This document shows positions 19,187 to 28,941 of a stretch of 32,928 bases of DNA, in pieces. The number at the start of each line of letters is the position of its first letter. Position 1 is the first letter of the stretch. Origin of the DNA: Myxococcota bacterium (GTDB lineage: Bacteria > Myxococcota_A > Polyangia > Polyangiales > Houyiibacteriaceae). The translations under genes and the position numbers were made by a program. The notes under the pieces are model-generated. The model ran no database searches. It saw only the letters and a list, made by a program, of their open reading frames with translations, and was not told the DNA's origin. Location of the stretch: assembly GCA_039030515.1 (NCBI GenBank), contig JBCCEA010000039.1, positions 1 through 32,928 of the forward strand. Direction: 5' to 3'.

Positions 19187-20560
19187 ATGGTAGTTCGTCG
19201 TCGTGGCTCCATTCAAGACGTTCCCAGCTTTCTCGACGCGGCCAATCGAGGAATTCGAAGCAAGCGCCGGCACATCCGATTTGTAGGCGAATCTCCGTTT
19301 GGACCACGGTTGCGATTGAGAAGATTCGAGCTGGGCAACGGGCTACGAATCTGCACCGTGGTCGACAAGGCCGCTCCGGTTGTCGCCTACCATACTTGGT
19401 ACCGAGTGGGTTCTCGACATGAGTCACCGGGAAAAACGGGGCTGGCGCACCTCCTCGAGCACCTCATGTTCAGCGCCACCAAGACACGTCCGGCAGGGGA
19501 ATTCGATGCGCTCTTAGAGAGAGCGGGCGCAGAGAGCAATGCGGCGACCTGGACCGATTGGACTTGTTACTACGAGAATCTACCGCATCGCTATCTTGAA
19601 CTAGCCATCGAACTAGAAGCCGATCGGATGGCGAACTTGGTACTGAAACAGGCTCAGGTGGCTTCCGAAAAAGAGGTGGTCGCCAACGAGCGCATGTACC
19701 GAGTGGACGACGATGTCGAGGGCACTGCAACCGAGAAGCTCTACGCAACCGCTTTTCGAAAGCATCCCTACAGATGGCCGACGATCGGTTGGATGGATGA
19801 CATTCGCGGTTTAACCAAAGAGGACTGCCTCCAATTCTATCGGCGCTATTACGCACCGAACAACGCGGTCGTCATCGTGGTCGGCGATTTCGACGAACAA
19901 ACCGCCCTGGAGGGCATCCGAGAGCATTACGGCACCTATCGAGCTGCAAACTTACCCGAGGAGCACACCGTTCGCGAAACGGCTTTGCGGCGAACCAAGC
20001 CACTTCAGCTATTTCTGCCGGCATCAACGGAGAAAGTTCAGCTAGGGTACCGGGCTCCACCGTTCGGTCATCCAGATCATGTTCCTTTCACCCTGGCCCA
20101 CGAAGTGCTCTTCGGCGGACGGGCCTCGCGTATCTATCGGCAACTGGTCAACGAACAGGAGCTTGCGTCCGAGTGTCGAGCATCGATCGCCCCCTTTGTC
20201 TACGCAGGTCTTTATGAGGTCTGGCTTTCGGCCAGGCCGGGCCAGCGGGGTAACGCCATGCTCGAGATTTTTGACCAGGAAGTCGATCGCATCACTAGAG
20301 TCGGCGTCGATGCGGAGGAACTGGACCGCGTGAAAAACCGCTACGAACTCTTCCTCCTACAGTCGCTAGACAGCGTTGGCGGCAAAGCGGAGCAGATCGG
20401 ATTTTACGAGACAGTCCTCGGGACTTCCGAGGGACCCTTTGAGCGACTTGAGGCCATTCGGCAGGTCACCTCCAAATCTGTGCAGCGAGTCTGCAAGAAA
20501 TACCTGAGACCCGCAGGTCGCGTCCTACTGGAAGTGTTTCCGGAAGAGCAGGCAGCATGA
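19187..20560 (+). CDS. M16 family zinc peptidase, catalytic subunit
   Basis: GLAHLLEHLMF (HxxEH), NAATWTDWT, EKEVVANER, HPYRWPTIG, YYAPNNA. Confidence 0.93.
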   Translation: MVVRRRGSIQDVPSFLDAANRGIRSKRRHIRFVGESPFGPRLRLRRFELGNGLRICTVVDKAAPVVAYHTWYRVGSRHESPGKTGLAHLLEHLMFSATKTRPAGEFDALLERAGAESNAATWTDWTCYYENLPHRYLELAIELEADRMANLVLKQAQVASEKEVVANERMYRVDDDVEGTATEKLYATAFRKHPYRWPTIGWMDDIRGLTKEDCLQFYRRYYAPNNAVVIVVGDFDEQTALEGIREHYGTYRAANLPEEHTVRETALRRTKPLQLFLPASTEKVQLGYRAPPFGHPDHVPFTLAHEVLFGGRASRIYRQLVNEQELASECRASIAPFVYAGLYEVWLSARPGQRGNAMLEIFDQEVDRITRVGVDAEELDRVKNRYELFLLQSLDSVGGKAEQIGFYETVLGTSEGPFERLEAIRQVTSKSVQRVCKKYLRPAGRVLLEVFPEEQAA

Positions 20561-21888
20561 ACTCAGGCAATGGACGATCCGCCATGCGGTTTATGTCGGA
20601 GGGCGGCGTCGTTGTCCTACTGGAGGAATCTCATGATGTCCCACTTGTAGACGTATGTCTGATTTTGAGGACCGGAGCGACAAGCGACCCGCTGCAGAAA
20701 TCAGGACTGACCCGGATGCTGGCTCGGATGGTGCGAATGGGCACACGGCGTCGGCAGGGTAAAGAGATCGAATCGATGATCTCGGGACTCGGCGGGCGGC
20801 TTTCCATCGAGGTCTCACCGAGCACCGTCGCACTCCAAGGAACGGTCATTCAGAAAAACGTAGAAGCGTTTGTAGGCTTGCTTGGAGATTTGATCTCGCG
20901 ACCCGCGCTTCGTACGACCGATCTAGGCTATATCAAGAGAGAGACCGAATCAGACCTCGTTGCGGCTCGTGAAAACGATGAATTGCTAGCGGCTCGAGCG
21001 TTTCGAAGCACGCTTTTTAGCGGACACCCTTACGCCCGCTCCGCCGTCGGTTGCTCACAAGAGATTCGACGGTTGAGTCGAAAGGACCTTCAGAATCATC
21101 ACGCGTCACACTACGTTTCCGGTAATTTAATCATCGGCTTAGGTGGAGCCTTAGATCGGGGCGAGGCCGAGAGGCTGGTAAGCGAAAAGCTATCGGTCCT
21201 ACCAAACGGAGTGGGTCCTCAGTCTACCGTTCCAAAAACCAAATCAAGATCCGGGAGACGTATCGTCCTAGTCGACAAACCTGGGCGTACGCAGACTCAA
21301 ATGCAGATCGGGACTCTCGGAGGATCGATTTTCGACGAAGATCGGTTCGCCCTCGCGATAGCGAATACTGCCTTTGGAGGTATGTTTTCTTCAAGGCTGA
21401 CTGAAGAGGTGCGAGGCAAACGCGGATGGAGCTACGGGGCAAGCAGCGCACTACAGCTTGGACGAAGACGGGATGCATGGTCGATGTGGACGCATCCATC
21501 TTCGGAAGACTTGGTCGCCTGCGCGCGACTTCAGCTTGAGCTCTTAGAGTCGTGGGTGGAGCGGGGAATCAAGAGATCCGAAATGCAGTTTGCTAAAAAT
21601 TTCTTGATCAACAGCCACTGCTTTGACGTGGATACGGCGGACAAGCGATTGGGCGCCCGCATCGATGCCGAGCTGCTTGAACTACCCGGTGATGCCCACC
21701 TTCAATATGCCAAACGGATACGCAGCGTTCGCCTCGCAGACTGCAATGAAGCGGTGCAGCGGCGCATCGATCCAAACAATCTAGTCATCGCAGTGGTGGC
21801 CAGTGCCCCTCAGGTGATCGACTCCCTTGCGAAGCTTCCAAACGTTCGCTCGGTAGAGGTCGTCCCTTCCGAATCCGTTTTTGAGTAA
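20557..21888 (+). CDS. M16 family peptidase, non-catalytic partner subunit
   Basis: M16 features (HPY, LVDKPG..Q, FSSRL..EVRGKRGWSY) without HxxEH; ATGA overlap with the previous gene. Confidence 0.9.
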   Translation: MNSGNGRSAMRFMSEGGVVVLLEESHDVPLVDVCLILRTGATSDPLQKSGLTRMLARMVRMGTRRRQGKEIESMISGLGGRLSIEVSPSTVALQGTVIQKNVEAFVGLLGDLISRPALRTTDLGYIKRETESDLVAARENDELLAARAFRSTLFSGHPYARSAVGCSQEIRRLSRKDLQNHHASHYVSGNLIIGLGGALDRGEAERLVSEKLSVLPNGVGPQSTVPKTKSRSGRRIVLVDKPGRTQTQMQIGTLGGSIFDEDRFALAIANTAFGGMFSSRLTEEVRGKRGWSYGASSALQLGRRRDAWSMWTHPSSEDLVACARLQLELLESWVERGIKRSEMQFAKNFLINSHCFDVDTADKRLGARIDAELLELPGDAHLQYAKRIRSVRLADCNEAVQRRIDPNNLVIAVVASAPQVIDSLAKLPNVRSVEVVPSESVFE

Positions 21889-21899
21889 AGATCGGGTCT

Positions 21900-22946
21900 T
21901 CACGGGGTCACGGTCACCGATGGAGCGAAGATTTCATCTTGCCCGCCCTCTACGTCGTCCGCGTAGTTGATGACCGCAGTGGAAAACGTGCCTTCCGCAG
22001 ACGCAGAAAGATAACGTTCACCAGCGCTGGTGGGGTCCGTACCGTCAGCTGAGATTCTGTCGACTCCTCGGTTCCACGAGAACACCGAGTCCTTTCCCGC
22101 CGAAATCGCGACGCGGTCATCTGTATCGTCGAAAGATCCGTTGTCGTTTGTATCGACCCAAATCTGGATTTCGATCGGACCGCCGGTGTCGAGAATGCCG
22201 GGTATCCACACGTTCACATTTGGTTCACCGTCGGGTTCATTGAGCGCGACATCGCGAAAATTACTGAAGTGATAGACTCCCACGGTGTACTGCTGAGTCG
22301 GCGTCAGGTCACGAATACGAGGGTCTTGGGGCTGTCGCTCTTCGAGCACGCGCACTTCGACACGCAGCACCGGAGGAAATCCGCGCAGCGAAGCGCCGAA
22401 ATCTGCAGTCTGAGGCGTGAACACGGGTCGACCACCGTCGCCCGCACGATCGCTCGCGATGGGCAACTCATCGAACTCGAATTCATGAGTGAACGACTCG
22501 ACTTCGTTGCTCGCGCACGAGAACTCCTGAATCCACTGATGGTCCAGCGGAATCGAGCTCAGGCTCCCGTCTCGATCGAGGTCGGCGAAAAAATGAAATT
22601 CGGTATCCCTACCTTGAAGGAACTCGACGTCATCGAAGCGAACCGTGGTCCCCGACGACGGAAGCTCATTCATGACCGCCAGGGCTCGAAGAAGAGGAGC
22701 CGATCCTGCTTGGGTAAACATGACGCGGACCTGGTTTTCCTGATCGAGGTGCGGATCAAAACTATCCAGTGCGATCGAGGGCGTACAGGTCGTTTCCTGA
22801 CTCCATTGATCGGTGTCGACGAGCAGGAAACAACCGGGCAGAGTGAGCGCGCTGAGCCCCATCACGAGGCCGACTCGCATCTTGTAAACGGAAAAAAAAT
22901 AGGACTTCATTCTTTGTTCAGGCCCAAGCCGCTGGTTGTTCTTCAT
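21900..22946 (-). CDS. Hypothetical lipoprotein with two DxD/NxD/NG motifs
   Basis: Lipobox LPG-C; motifs DLDRDG and DTNDNG; begins 2 bp after the TPR gene stop; start uncertain. Confidence 0.7.
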   Translation of the reverse strand: MKNNQRLGPEQRMKSYFFSVYKMRVGLVMGLSALTLPGCFLLVDTDQWSQETTCTPSIALDSFDPHLDQENQVRVMFTQAGSAPLLRALAVMNELPSSGTTVRFDDVEFLQGRDTEFHFFADLDRDGSLSSIPLDHQWIQEFSCASNEVESFTHEFEFDELPIASDRAGDGGRPVFTPQTADFGASLRGFPPVLRVEVRVLEERQPQDPRIRDLTPTQQYTVGVYHFSNFRDVALNEPDGEPNVNVWIPGILDTGGPIEIQIWVDTNDNGSFDDTDDRVAISAGKDSVFSWNRGVDRISADGTDPTSAGERYLSASAEGTFSTAVINYADDVEGGQDEIFAPSVTVTP

Positions 22947-22948
22947 GA

Positions 22949-23944
22949 CTAAAATCTCATCTGAGCGGTTGCCATACAGCCCGAAACTCCGCAGGCACCC
23001 CCCACCTCAGGCTTAGAATCCGCCAACGCTGAATCCGACCGTTCTTCATCGTTAGGAGAAAGCAGCACCAACGCGATGCCGCTGGCGATGATCGCAGCGC
23101 CGCCGAAAACAAGCACGTCGGTGCTGACCTGGAACGCACGCAAGCGATCTTCTTCGCCTTGAAGATCGTAGCCTACTGCGCAGCTGTTGTTTGGACAGCG
23201 ATCATCGATATCGCTCTGGGTATTTAGTGCAAGAATGCCGGTCGCCGCCCCAGCAACGAGCGCCGCGCCGCCCAAACCTATCAGTGAGAAACCGGTGACG
23301 CGCATCGGATTTGGACCGTGCGACTCCTGACTCTCGAGGAGCTCCTGCCGAGCCTGAACCGCGGCTGCTTGCTGTGCCGCCTGCGCGGAGGCTTCGCGTT
23401 GACGGGCCTCCTGCTCCATCGTCGCCACCGTATCTTCCATGCTGCGCAAGCGTATGGCCAAGGTTGTCGCCTGCTCATTGCTCGGGTCCGCTTCTAGAAA
23501 GCGACGCAGATTTTCAGCAGCAGATCGCAAATCGCCACCATCGCGAAAGGCAACGTATGCGTTGTACAGCAACGCGGGTCGCCGGCTCAGCTCGTAAGCG
23601 GCTTCGAACTCCTCACCCGCTTCGCGATATCGCCCGGCGTCGTAGAGATTCTTTGCCACGCGATAAAGCGTGCGGGCCTGATCGTCATCGAGGCCCTCGG
23701 TGGACATCCGAGTGGGCCCTTCCTCATCAGCGGCCTGTGCCCGATCGGCGGCCTGTGCCCGGTCGGCAGCAGAGTCTGGCGGTGCCGACCGGCTTTGGGG
23801 CCCCTGGGCCCAACCTACATTTGAGGTGCTGTGGAGGAGTACCATCACGACGAGCAGGGCAGGTGTCGATGTGCCGGATCGGACAGATCGAAAAACAGGA
23901 TAAGGCAGCGAGGCCACAGAGCCGGCATTCATGCGTTCGGTCAT
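22949..23944 (-). CDS. TPR protein with a C-terminal hydrophobic hairpin
   Basis: Signal-like segment, TPRs (ARTLYRVAKNLYDAGRYREA...PALLYN), two Gly-rich hydrophobic helices around a C..NSC loop, ends in MRF. Confidence 0.85.
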   Translation of the reverse strand: MTERMNAGSVASLPYPVFRSVRSGTSTPALLVVMVLLHSTSNVGWAQGPQSRSAPPDSAADRAQAADRAQAADEEGPTRMSTEGLDDDQARTLYRVAKNLYDAGRYREAGEEFEAAYELSRRPALLYNAYVAFRDGGDLRSAAENLRRFLEADPSNEQATTLAIRLRSMEDTVATMEQEARQREASAQAAQQAAAVQARQELLESQESHGPNPMRVTGFSLIGLGGAALVAGAATGILALNTQSDIDDRCPNNSCAVGYDLQGEEDRLRAFQVSTDVLVFGGAAIIASGIALVLLSPNDEERSDSALADSKPEVGGACGVSGCMATAQMRF

Positions 23945-24122
23945 CGATTTCCTGTAAGTTGCGAGCTGAAAGCCTGTGAGTTTCGGGAAACGGCCACTGG
24001 CGCAGAGCGAGATGATTGGATCGCACCGTAGGCCGGTGAGGTGATCGCTTGTCGAGCTCGTGGCCAGATAGCGCTGGACCCTAGCGCAAAATCCCAGGCA
24101 TTGGCCAACTTCAGCACTGGTC

Positions 24123-24168
24123 TGGGGCAACAGGACGACTTAGTGGGGCAACAGGACGACTTAGTGGG
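24123..24168. repeat. 21-bp perfect tandem duplication, intergenic
   Basis: TGGGGCAACAGGACGACTTAG twice, followed by TGGG. Confidence 0.9.
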
Positions 24169-24272
24169 AAGCCGCGATACTAGAAATATGGTCGTTGCAA
24201 AGCGGATACCGGCTCCGTGCGCAGGCATTCGCTGGGCGGGCATCCCTTCACCTAATAGAGGGCAAGCCTCTC

Positions 24273-24926
24273 TCACGCCGCGAGGCGCTGTTTGGCAGCC
24301 TTGAGCACGGTCGCTCGCTTCTTATGCTGCGCTTCCCACTCCAAGACAGCCTGGGCTTCGTCAACCGACATCTCCTGCAGCTTGGTCACAATCGTACGCG
24401 CATTCAGCTCATCGTAGTCATTGAGCGGCGCCTCGGAATCCATGGCGTCCGAACGTGTCGACATGGTGCGAACCCCGTTCGACCTTGCGAACCCTGAATC
24501 ATCCGTATCGGCTTCCGATTCATCACCGGATAGCGCCCCCAGACGATCTTCGAGCCGACCCGCGAGACTTCGCAGGGCCTGACGCATCCCCTGAAGCAGC
24601 CGCATCTCAACCGCTCGGGTATCGAACGCTCCGTTTCGCAGTGCGCCGTTGAGTTCCGGCGTCAGGATGGGAGCAGGCTGCTTTAGGAATTCAGCCCAGT
24701 TTCGTGCTTCCAAAGCCAGGGACTCGAACATCTGAAAGCTCGCCGAGCGCGTATCGCGAGCAAAACTAACTCCGGCATCTCGAGTTTCTCGCACGAACGA
24801 CGCACCCGCATCGACCGTATCCTCGACAAGAGACCTACCCGCGTCTCGGGTAGCCTCGATGAACTTCTGGCCCTCGGCCAGCACTGAAGCCCGTGTCGTC
24901 GCCAACTTCGTCGAAACAGTGTCCAT
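24273..24926 (-). CDS. Hypothetical phasin/lipid-droplet-associated-like protein
   Basis: Strong SD GGAGGTG before the ATG; four 11-aa repeats; C-terminal PLNDYDELN...WEAQHKKRATV domain. Confidence 0.8.
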   Translation of the reverse strand: MDTVSTKLATTRASVLAEGQKFIEATRDAGRSLVEDTVDAGASFVRETRDAGVSFARDTRSASFQMFESLALEARNWAEFLKQPAPILTPELNGALRNGAFDTRAVEMRLLQGMRQALRSLAGRLEDRLGALSGDESEADTDDSGFARSNGVRTMSTRSDAMDSEAPLNDYDELNARTIVTKLQEMSVDEAQAVLEWEAQHKKRATVLKAAKQRLAA

Positions 24927-24972
24927 GGATCTTCACCTCCCGTCGCATTCGCTGCAGTGATTGGGCGCCTGC

Positions 24973-25160
24973 ATGACGCAGTGCGTTGGTTTGTTATTAA
25001 CCATTCGTTTTAAGCGGGTCAAGACCAGAAACAGTTTGTTTTTCCGAGGAACTAGCTTCGAATAAACCCACTCTGTTCCCGAGTGATGACGTCTGCATCA
25101 TGTACGCGAATCGCCGAATCACCAACGCATCGCGTCAATCGCGCTATCGCCTTGCGTCAT
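24973..25160. promoter_or_regulatory. Cluster of TGACGCA-N-TGCGTCA-like palindromic boxes in a divergent intergenic region
   Basis: ATGACGCAGTGCGTTGGT (24973-24990), inverted copy ACCAACGCATCGCGTCA (25121-25137), partial copy CGCCTTGCGTCAT (25148-25160); TTGACC on the minus strand at 25017-25022. Confidence 0.55.
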
Positions 25161-25258
25161 TAGCACGATCCGGACTCCGATGTCAGAGGACTCGGTGCAC
25201 AAACGCACGAACCATCCCTTGACTGAAATACGTAGGTCGAAGGGCTGCCGGAGATTAA

Positions 25259-26056
25259 TTGACAGACCAGCAGTCTGCGTGGAACGGTGTGCCGCGCATG
25301 TGGAATCACGTCTGTCTCTTGTTGCTTCAGGGTGGCGCGAGCGACCGCCTGGACGTCAGCCAGCTCGTCCTCGAAGCGTCTCCCATGGTGAAGGGCGTGA
25401 TGCTCATCCTCGTGGCCATGAGCCTCGGCTGCTGGCTGATCGTCTTTTCGAAGGCCATCCAACTCGTGGCGGCAGGGCGCTCCAGCTCACGGTTCCTCGA
25501 TTGCTTCTGGGGAGACGATGCTGCTTCTTGGGATGCGGAACGCTTGGAAGGCATTTACGCCCAGGTGCGCGCGTTTGGCCGAGCGCCCTTAGCGGCGGTG
25601 TTCCGCTCCGGCTACGTAGAGTTAGCTCGGGTCATGGGCGCGGGACAATCGTCGTCGGGTCACTACCAGGCAAGCCAGGCGGGTGACTACGATATTGAGA
25701 ACGTGGAACGGGCTCTAAGACGCACCGCAAACAACGAACTCACAGGCCTCGAGGCCATGCTCCCCTTTTTGGCCACTACGGGAGCGACCGCTCCTTTTAT
25801 TGGTTTGTTCGGTACGGTGTGGGGAATCATGAACTCCTTCATCGGCATCCGAAACGAAGGCTCAACCGGACTTGAAGCGGTTGCTCCGGGCATCGCAGAA
25901 GCTCTTGTGGTCACCGCCATCGGCTTACTGGCAGCGATTCCCGCGGTCATGGCTTACAATTTTTTCGTGAGAAAGATTCAAGTGCTCGAAAGCGAAATGA
26001 ACGCTTTTCAATATGACTACCTCAACATCGTACGGCGCCATTTCTTGAGGAGTTGA
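25259..26056 (+). CDS. tolQ: TolQ (MotA/TolQ/ExbB family)
   Basis: [47 protein letters not shown]; start TTG 25259 or ATG 25298. Confidence 0.92.
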   Translation: MTDQQSAWNGVPRMWNHVCLLLLQGGASDRLDVSQLVLEASPMVKGVMLILVAMSLGCWLIVFSKAIQLVAAGRSSSRFLDCFWGDDAASWDAERLEGIYAQVRAFGRAPLAAVFRSGYVELARVMGAGQSSSGHYQASQAGDYDIENVERALRRTANNELTGLEAMLPFLATTGATAPFIGLFGTVWGIMNSFIGIRNEGSTGLEAVAPGIAEALVVTAIGLLAAIPAVMAYNFFVRKIQVLESEMNAFQYDYLNIVRRHFLRS

Positions 26057-26098
26057 TCGCTTCTTGAGAGATAGAAAAAGAAGCTTCGGGAACGCATC

Positions 26099-26524
26099 AT
26101 GGGGATAAGCAGCGGGGGAAGAGGCTCGCACGGGCGCGCGCCACTTTCAGAAATCAACGTCACGCCTATGGTGGACATCATGTTGGTACTGCTGGTGATC
26201 TTCATGGTGGCGGCTCCCATGATGACGACCGGTGTTCCGGTCGACCTGCCGCAGGTACGCGCTCCGCAAATGGACATCAGCCAAGAAAAAGTACTGATCA
26301 CGGTCGGAGCTTCCGGCGAGCTCTTCATCGAAGATCAGCCCGTGGAGCTGGACATGCTCGAAACGGCACTCCGCAACCACGAGCAGGCTCAAAGCGACGA
26401 TCAGGTCTATATCTATGCAGACGAAAACGCGCGTTACGGCTCAGTGATGAAGATCTTTGCAGCCATCAAGCGGAGCGGCATCGAAGAGCTCGGTCTTGTC
26501 ACGGATCCCCTTGGGTCCGAGTAA
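26099..26524 (+). CDS. tolR: TolR (ExbD/TolR family)
   Basis: [31 protein letters not shown]...YG.V. Confidence 0.93.
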   Translation: MGISSGGRGSHGRAPLSEINVTPMVDIMLVLLVIFMVAAPMMTTGVPVDLPQVRAPQMDISQEKVLITVGASGELFIEDQPVELDMLETALRNHEQAQSDDQVYIYADENARYGSVMKIFAAIKRSGIEELGLVTDPLGSE

Positions 26525-26526
26525 GC

Positions 26527-27513
26527 TTGATGAGGCCGAACGAGGGTTTCTACCGGCAAGGCATTTCACGTTCCCAGGTGATCTTGGGCGCGCTCGGCAG
26601 CGGCCTGGTCCACGCGCTGATATTGGTTGCGTTCTCGGCTTATGCAGACGTCTCACCACCGAGACATCCGCGCTTGGAGCACGCGCTGAAGAAACAGCCT
26701 GAAGAGCACGTCATCGCCGCAGAGCTGCTCACGCTCGGCGAGGCCCTCGACCCGGGAAGACTGCCGGATCGTTCGGCACCCCAAGCAGCCACATCGCAGG
26801 CGAACCCCGAGAAGATGATTTCCAAGCGTCGAGCGAAACGCAGAAGCCCTGATGCAAAATCAAGGCAAATCGACTCGGTGGAAGACGCCCTTACGAAACT
26901 TGGCAACCGGGCCGAGGTCTTCGACAGTCTGGAACGACAGCGCGAAATAGAAGGCGCTGAAATCGGTATTCAGGAGGGGACCACTACCGAGACTACCGCT
27001 CAAAATGAGTACTACACGAGGCTCTATGCTTTCTTCCGCCGCGGTCTGGTTTGGCCCGCGACGCTCTCCAGAGCTCAGTTGTCTCGGCTCAATCTTCCGG
27101 TGGCGGTGCGTATTCGGCCCGACCTTTCGTTCGAGTACACGTTCTCGGGCTCCAGCGGAAATGATGATTTCGACACGGCAGTACGCCAGCAGATGCAGCG
27201 CCTGTCTGGACTGCGTTTGCCGCCACCCGCACTCGAAATCGAAGAGCTTGCCTTCAGTAACTCCTACCGCATCAACTTCACCGGTCGGCTCGGCCTCTCG
27301 GCTGAGCGCAGCACAGACCGCTCTGAGGCTACCTCACCCTCTGCTCCTGCAGAGGAACCACCTACGCCACCCAGTGAGCCGCCACCTCGTGAGCCATCAC
27401 CCACTGAGCCGCCACCTCGTGAGCCATCACCCACTGAAAGCTCCAGCGACTCGATACAGGCCGATCCGAGCCCTACTGCACCCACATCCAACCCCGCCTC
27501 TCAGTCCATATGA
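26527..27513 (+). CDS. tolA: TolA/TonB-like protein with a Pro-rich C-terminal tail
   Basis: N-terminal TM with SxxxH (SGLVH), TonB-C-like SSGNDDFDTAV...LPPP; lies between tolR and tolB. Confidence 0.75.
   Translation: MMRPNEGFYRQGISRSQVILGALGSGLVHALILVAFSAYADVSPPRHPRLEHALKKQPEEHVIAAELLTLGEALDPGRLPDRSAPQAATSQANPEKMISKRRAKRRSPDAKSRQIDSVEDALTKLGNRAEVFDSLERQREIEGAEIGIQEGTTTETTAQNEYYTRLYAFFRRGLVWPATLSRAQLSRLNLPVAVRIRPDLSFEYTFSGSSGNDDFDTAVRQQMQRLSGLRLPPPALEIEELAFSNSYRINFTGRLGLSAERSTDRSEATSPSAPAEEPPTPPSEPPPREPSPTEPPPREPSPTESSSDSIQADPSPTAPTSNPASQSI
27375..27437. repeat. 30-bp in-frame perfect tandem duplication (EPPPREPSPT twice)
   Basis: Copies start at 27375 and 27405. Confidence 0.9.
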
Positions 27514-28865
27514 AGAATCAAAAACCCAAGAAACGCCGAGTCTCTACATGCTCCAGCGCGATGTTGCTGGGGTCCCTTCTTCTGACCACGGCTGCGCTGA
27601 CGATACCGGCACTGGGTCAACTTGACGGAGCTCAGACCCGAGATGATGCGTTTGAAACCGACGAGGAGCCCGAGCTACCGTCTCATACTGTTGTCATCAA
27701 CGTTGATGCTACAGAACGAACGCGGATCCGCATCGGCATCCCTAATTTCATGGGTCCGAGCCATTTAACGGGCCCTGCTGCAGAGGTTGCTCGAAACGAC
27801 CTCACCTTGATCTCTCTTTTTGAAGTACTGCCCGCACGTCAATATCCTTCAGCGGATGCCGAGGGCCTGGCCATTCGGATAGGCCCGTGGGCGGAAATGG
27901 AGACTCAGGCGGTGATCAAAGGATCGATCTCCGGAACCGAGTCGCAACAAACCCTCGAACTGCACCTATTCGAAATATCTGCCGGTCCACGCCCGACGTG
28001 GACGAGAACCTATCAAGGCACCCCGGGGGAGCTGAGAGGGTTTGTACACGATTTTTGCAATAAAGTTGTAGAAAAACTCACTGGCGAGGCAGCCCACTTT
28101 CATACCAGGGTCGCCTACGCGAGCCGCTTGGGTCCGGGCAGAAAAGACGTCCGGGTGGCAGACTACGACGGGTTCAACGACCGACGCGTGAGCACGTCAG
28201 CGATCGCCATGCTGCCGAGCTTCGCGCCGAGCGGAGAGATTTGGTACTCCGTGCTCACCCAAGTGGGCATGTTCATCACCCGCGCGGGCGCCCGAGACGC
28301 TCCGGTGATCGAGGGCGACGGGCTTACGATGTCGCCCACAATCTGCGAGGGGCGGGTGTTCTTCACATCGACCCGGCACGGAAACAGTGAACTCTACAGC
28401 TCCAGACTGGACGGCAGTCGCGTGCGTCGCCTTACCCGGCATCCGGCTATCGACGTCAGCCCTCGCTGCGGACCACGCGGCAAACTGGCGTTCGTTTCGG
28501 CTCGGCACGGAAAACCGCAAATCTTTACAATGGACTACGATGGATCGAACGTAGAGCGCGTGACGTTCCGAGGCGATCACAATCAAACGCCGGCATGGTG
28601 CCCCGATCCAAGCAAACCTCTACTGGCCTTCACGGGAAGACAGGGCGGACTCGACATCTTCATAGTCAACACCGTGACTCAAGACTATCTGCGACTTACC
28701 CAAGGACAGGGAGAAAACAAGGACCCTGCCTGGTCACCTGATTGCAGAATGCTTGCGTTCTCGAGCAGTCGCGATGGAGGCGGCCTCTACATCATGAATC
28801 CCAGGGGCTACAATCAAACGCGAATCCTTTCCGGATCTGCAGAGACCGTGAGCTGGTCTCCCTAG
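27510..28865 (+). CDS. tolB: TolB beta-propeller protein
   Basis: Signal peptide, TolB_N-like domain, DYDG, PD40 repeats (IDVSP, TPAWCP, DPAWSPD), ends VSWSP. Confidence 0.9.
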   Translation: MKNQKPKKRRVSTCSSAMLLGSLLLTTAALTIPALGQLDGAQTRDDAFETDEEPELPSHTVVINVDATERTRIRIGIPNFMGPSHLTGPAAEVARNDLTLISLFEVLPARQYPSADAEGLAIRIGPWAEMETQAVIKGSISGTESQQTLELHLFEISAGPRPTWTRTYQGTPGELRGFVHDFCNKVVEKLTGEAAHFHTRVAYASRLGPGRKDVRVADYDGFNDRRVSTSAIAMLPSFAPSGEIWYSVLTQVGMFITRAGARDAPVIEGDGLTMSPTICEGRVFFTSTRHGNSELYSSRLDGSRVRRLTRHPAIDVSPRCGPRGKLAFVSARHGKPQIFTMDYDGSNVERVTFRGDHNQTPAWCPDPSKPLLAFTGRQGGLDIFIVNTVTQDYLRLTQGQGENKDPAWSPDCRMLAFSSSRDGGGLYIMNPRGYNQTRILSGSAETVSWSP

Positions 28866-28941
28866 CTTAGGGGGAGCCTTGGGTCATTTATCTCGAACGG
28901 CTTCGGGAGACGGGTGGGAATTCTCTGGCGGATGTCGGGGG

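Noticed and set aside
20557..21888. Pseudogenised peptidase lacking HxxEH
   Set aside because: A non-catalytic partner subunit is normal for heterodimeric M16B peptidases.
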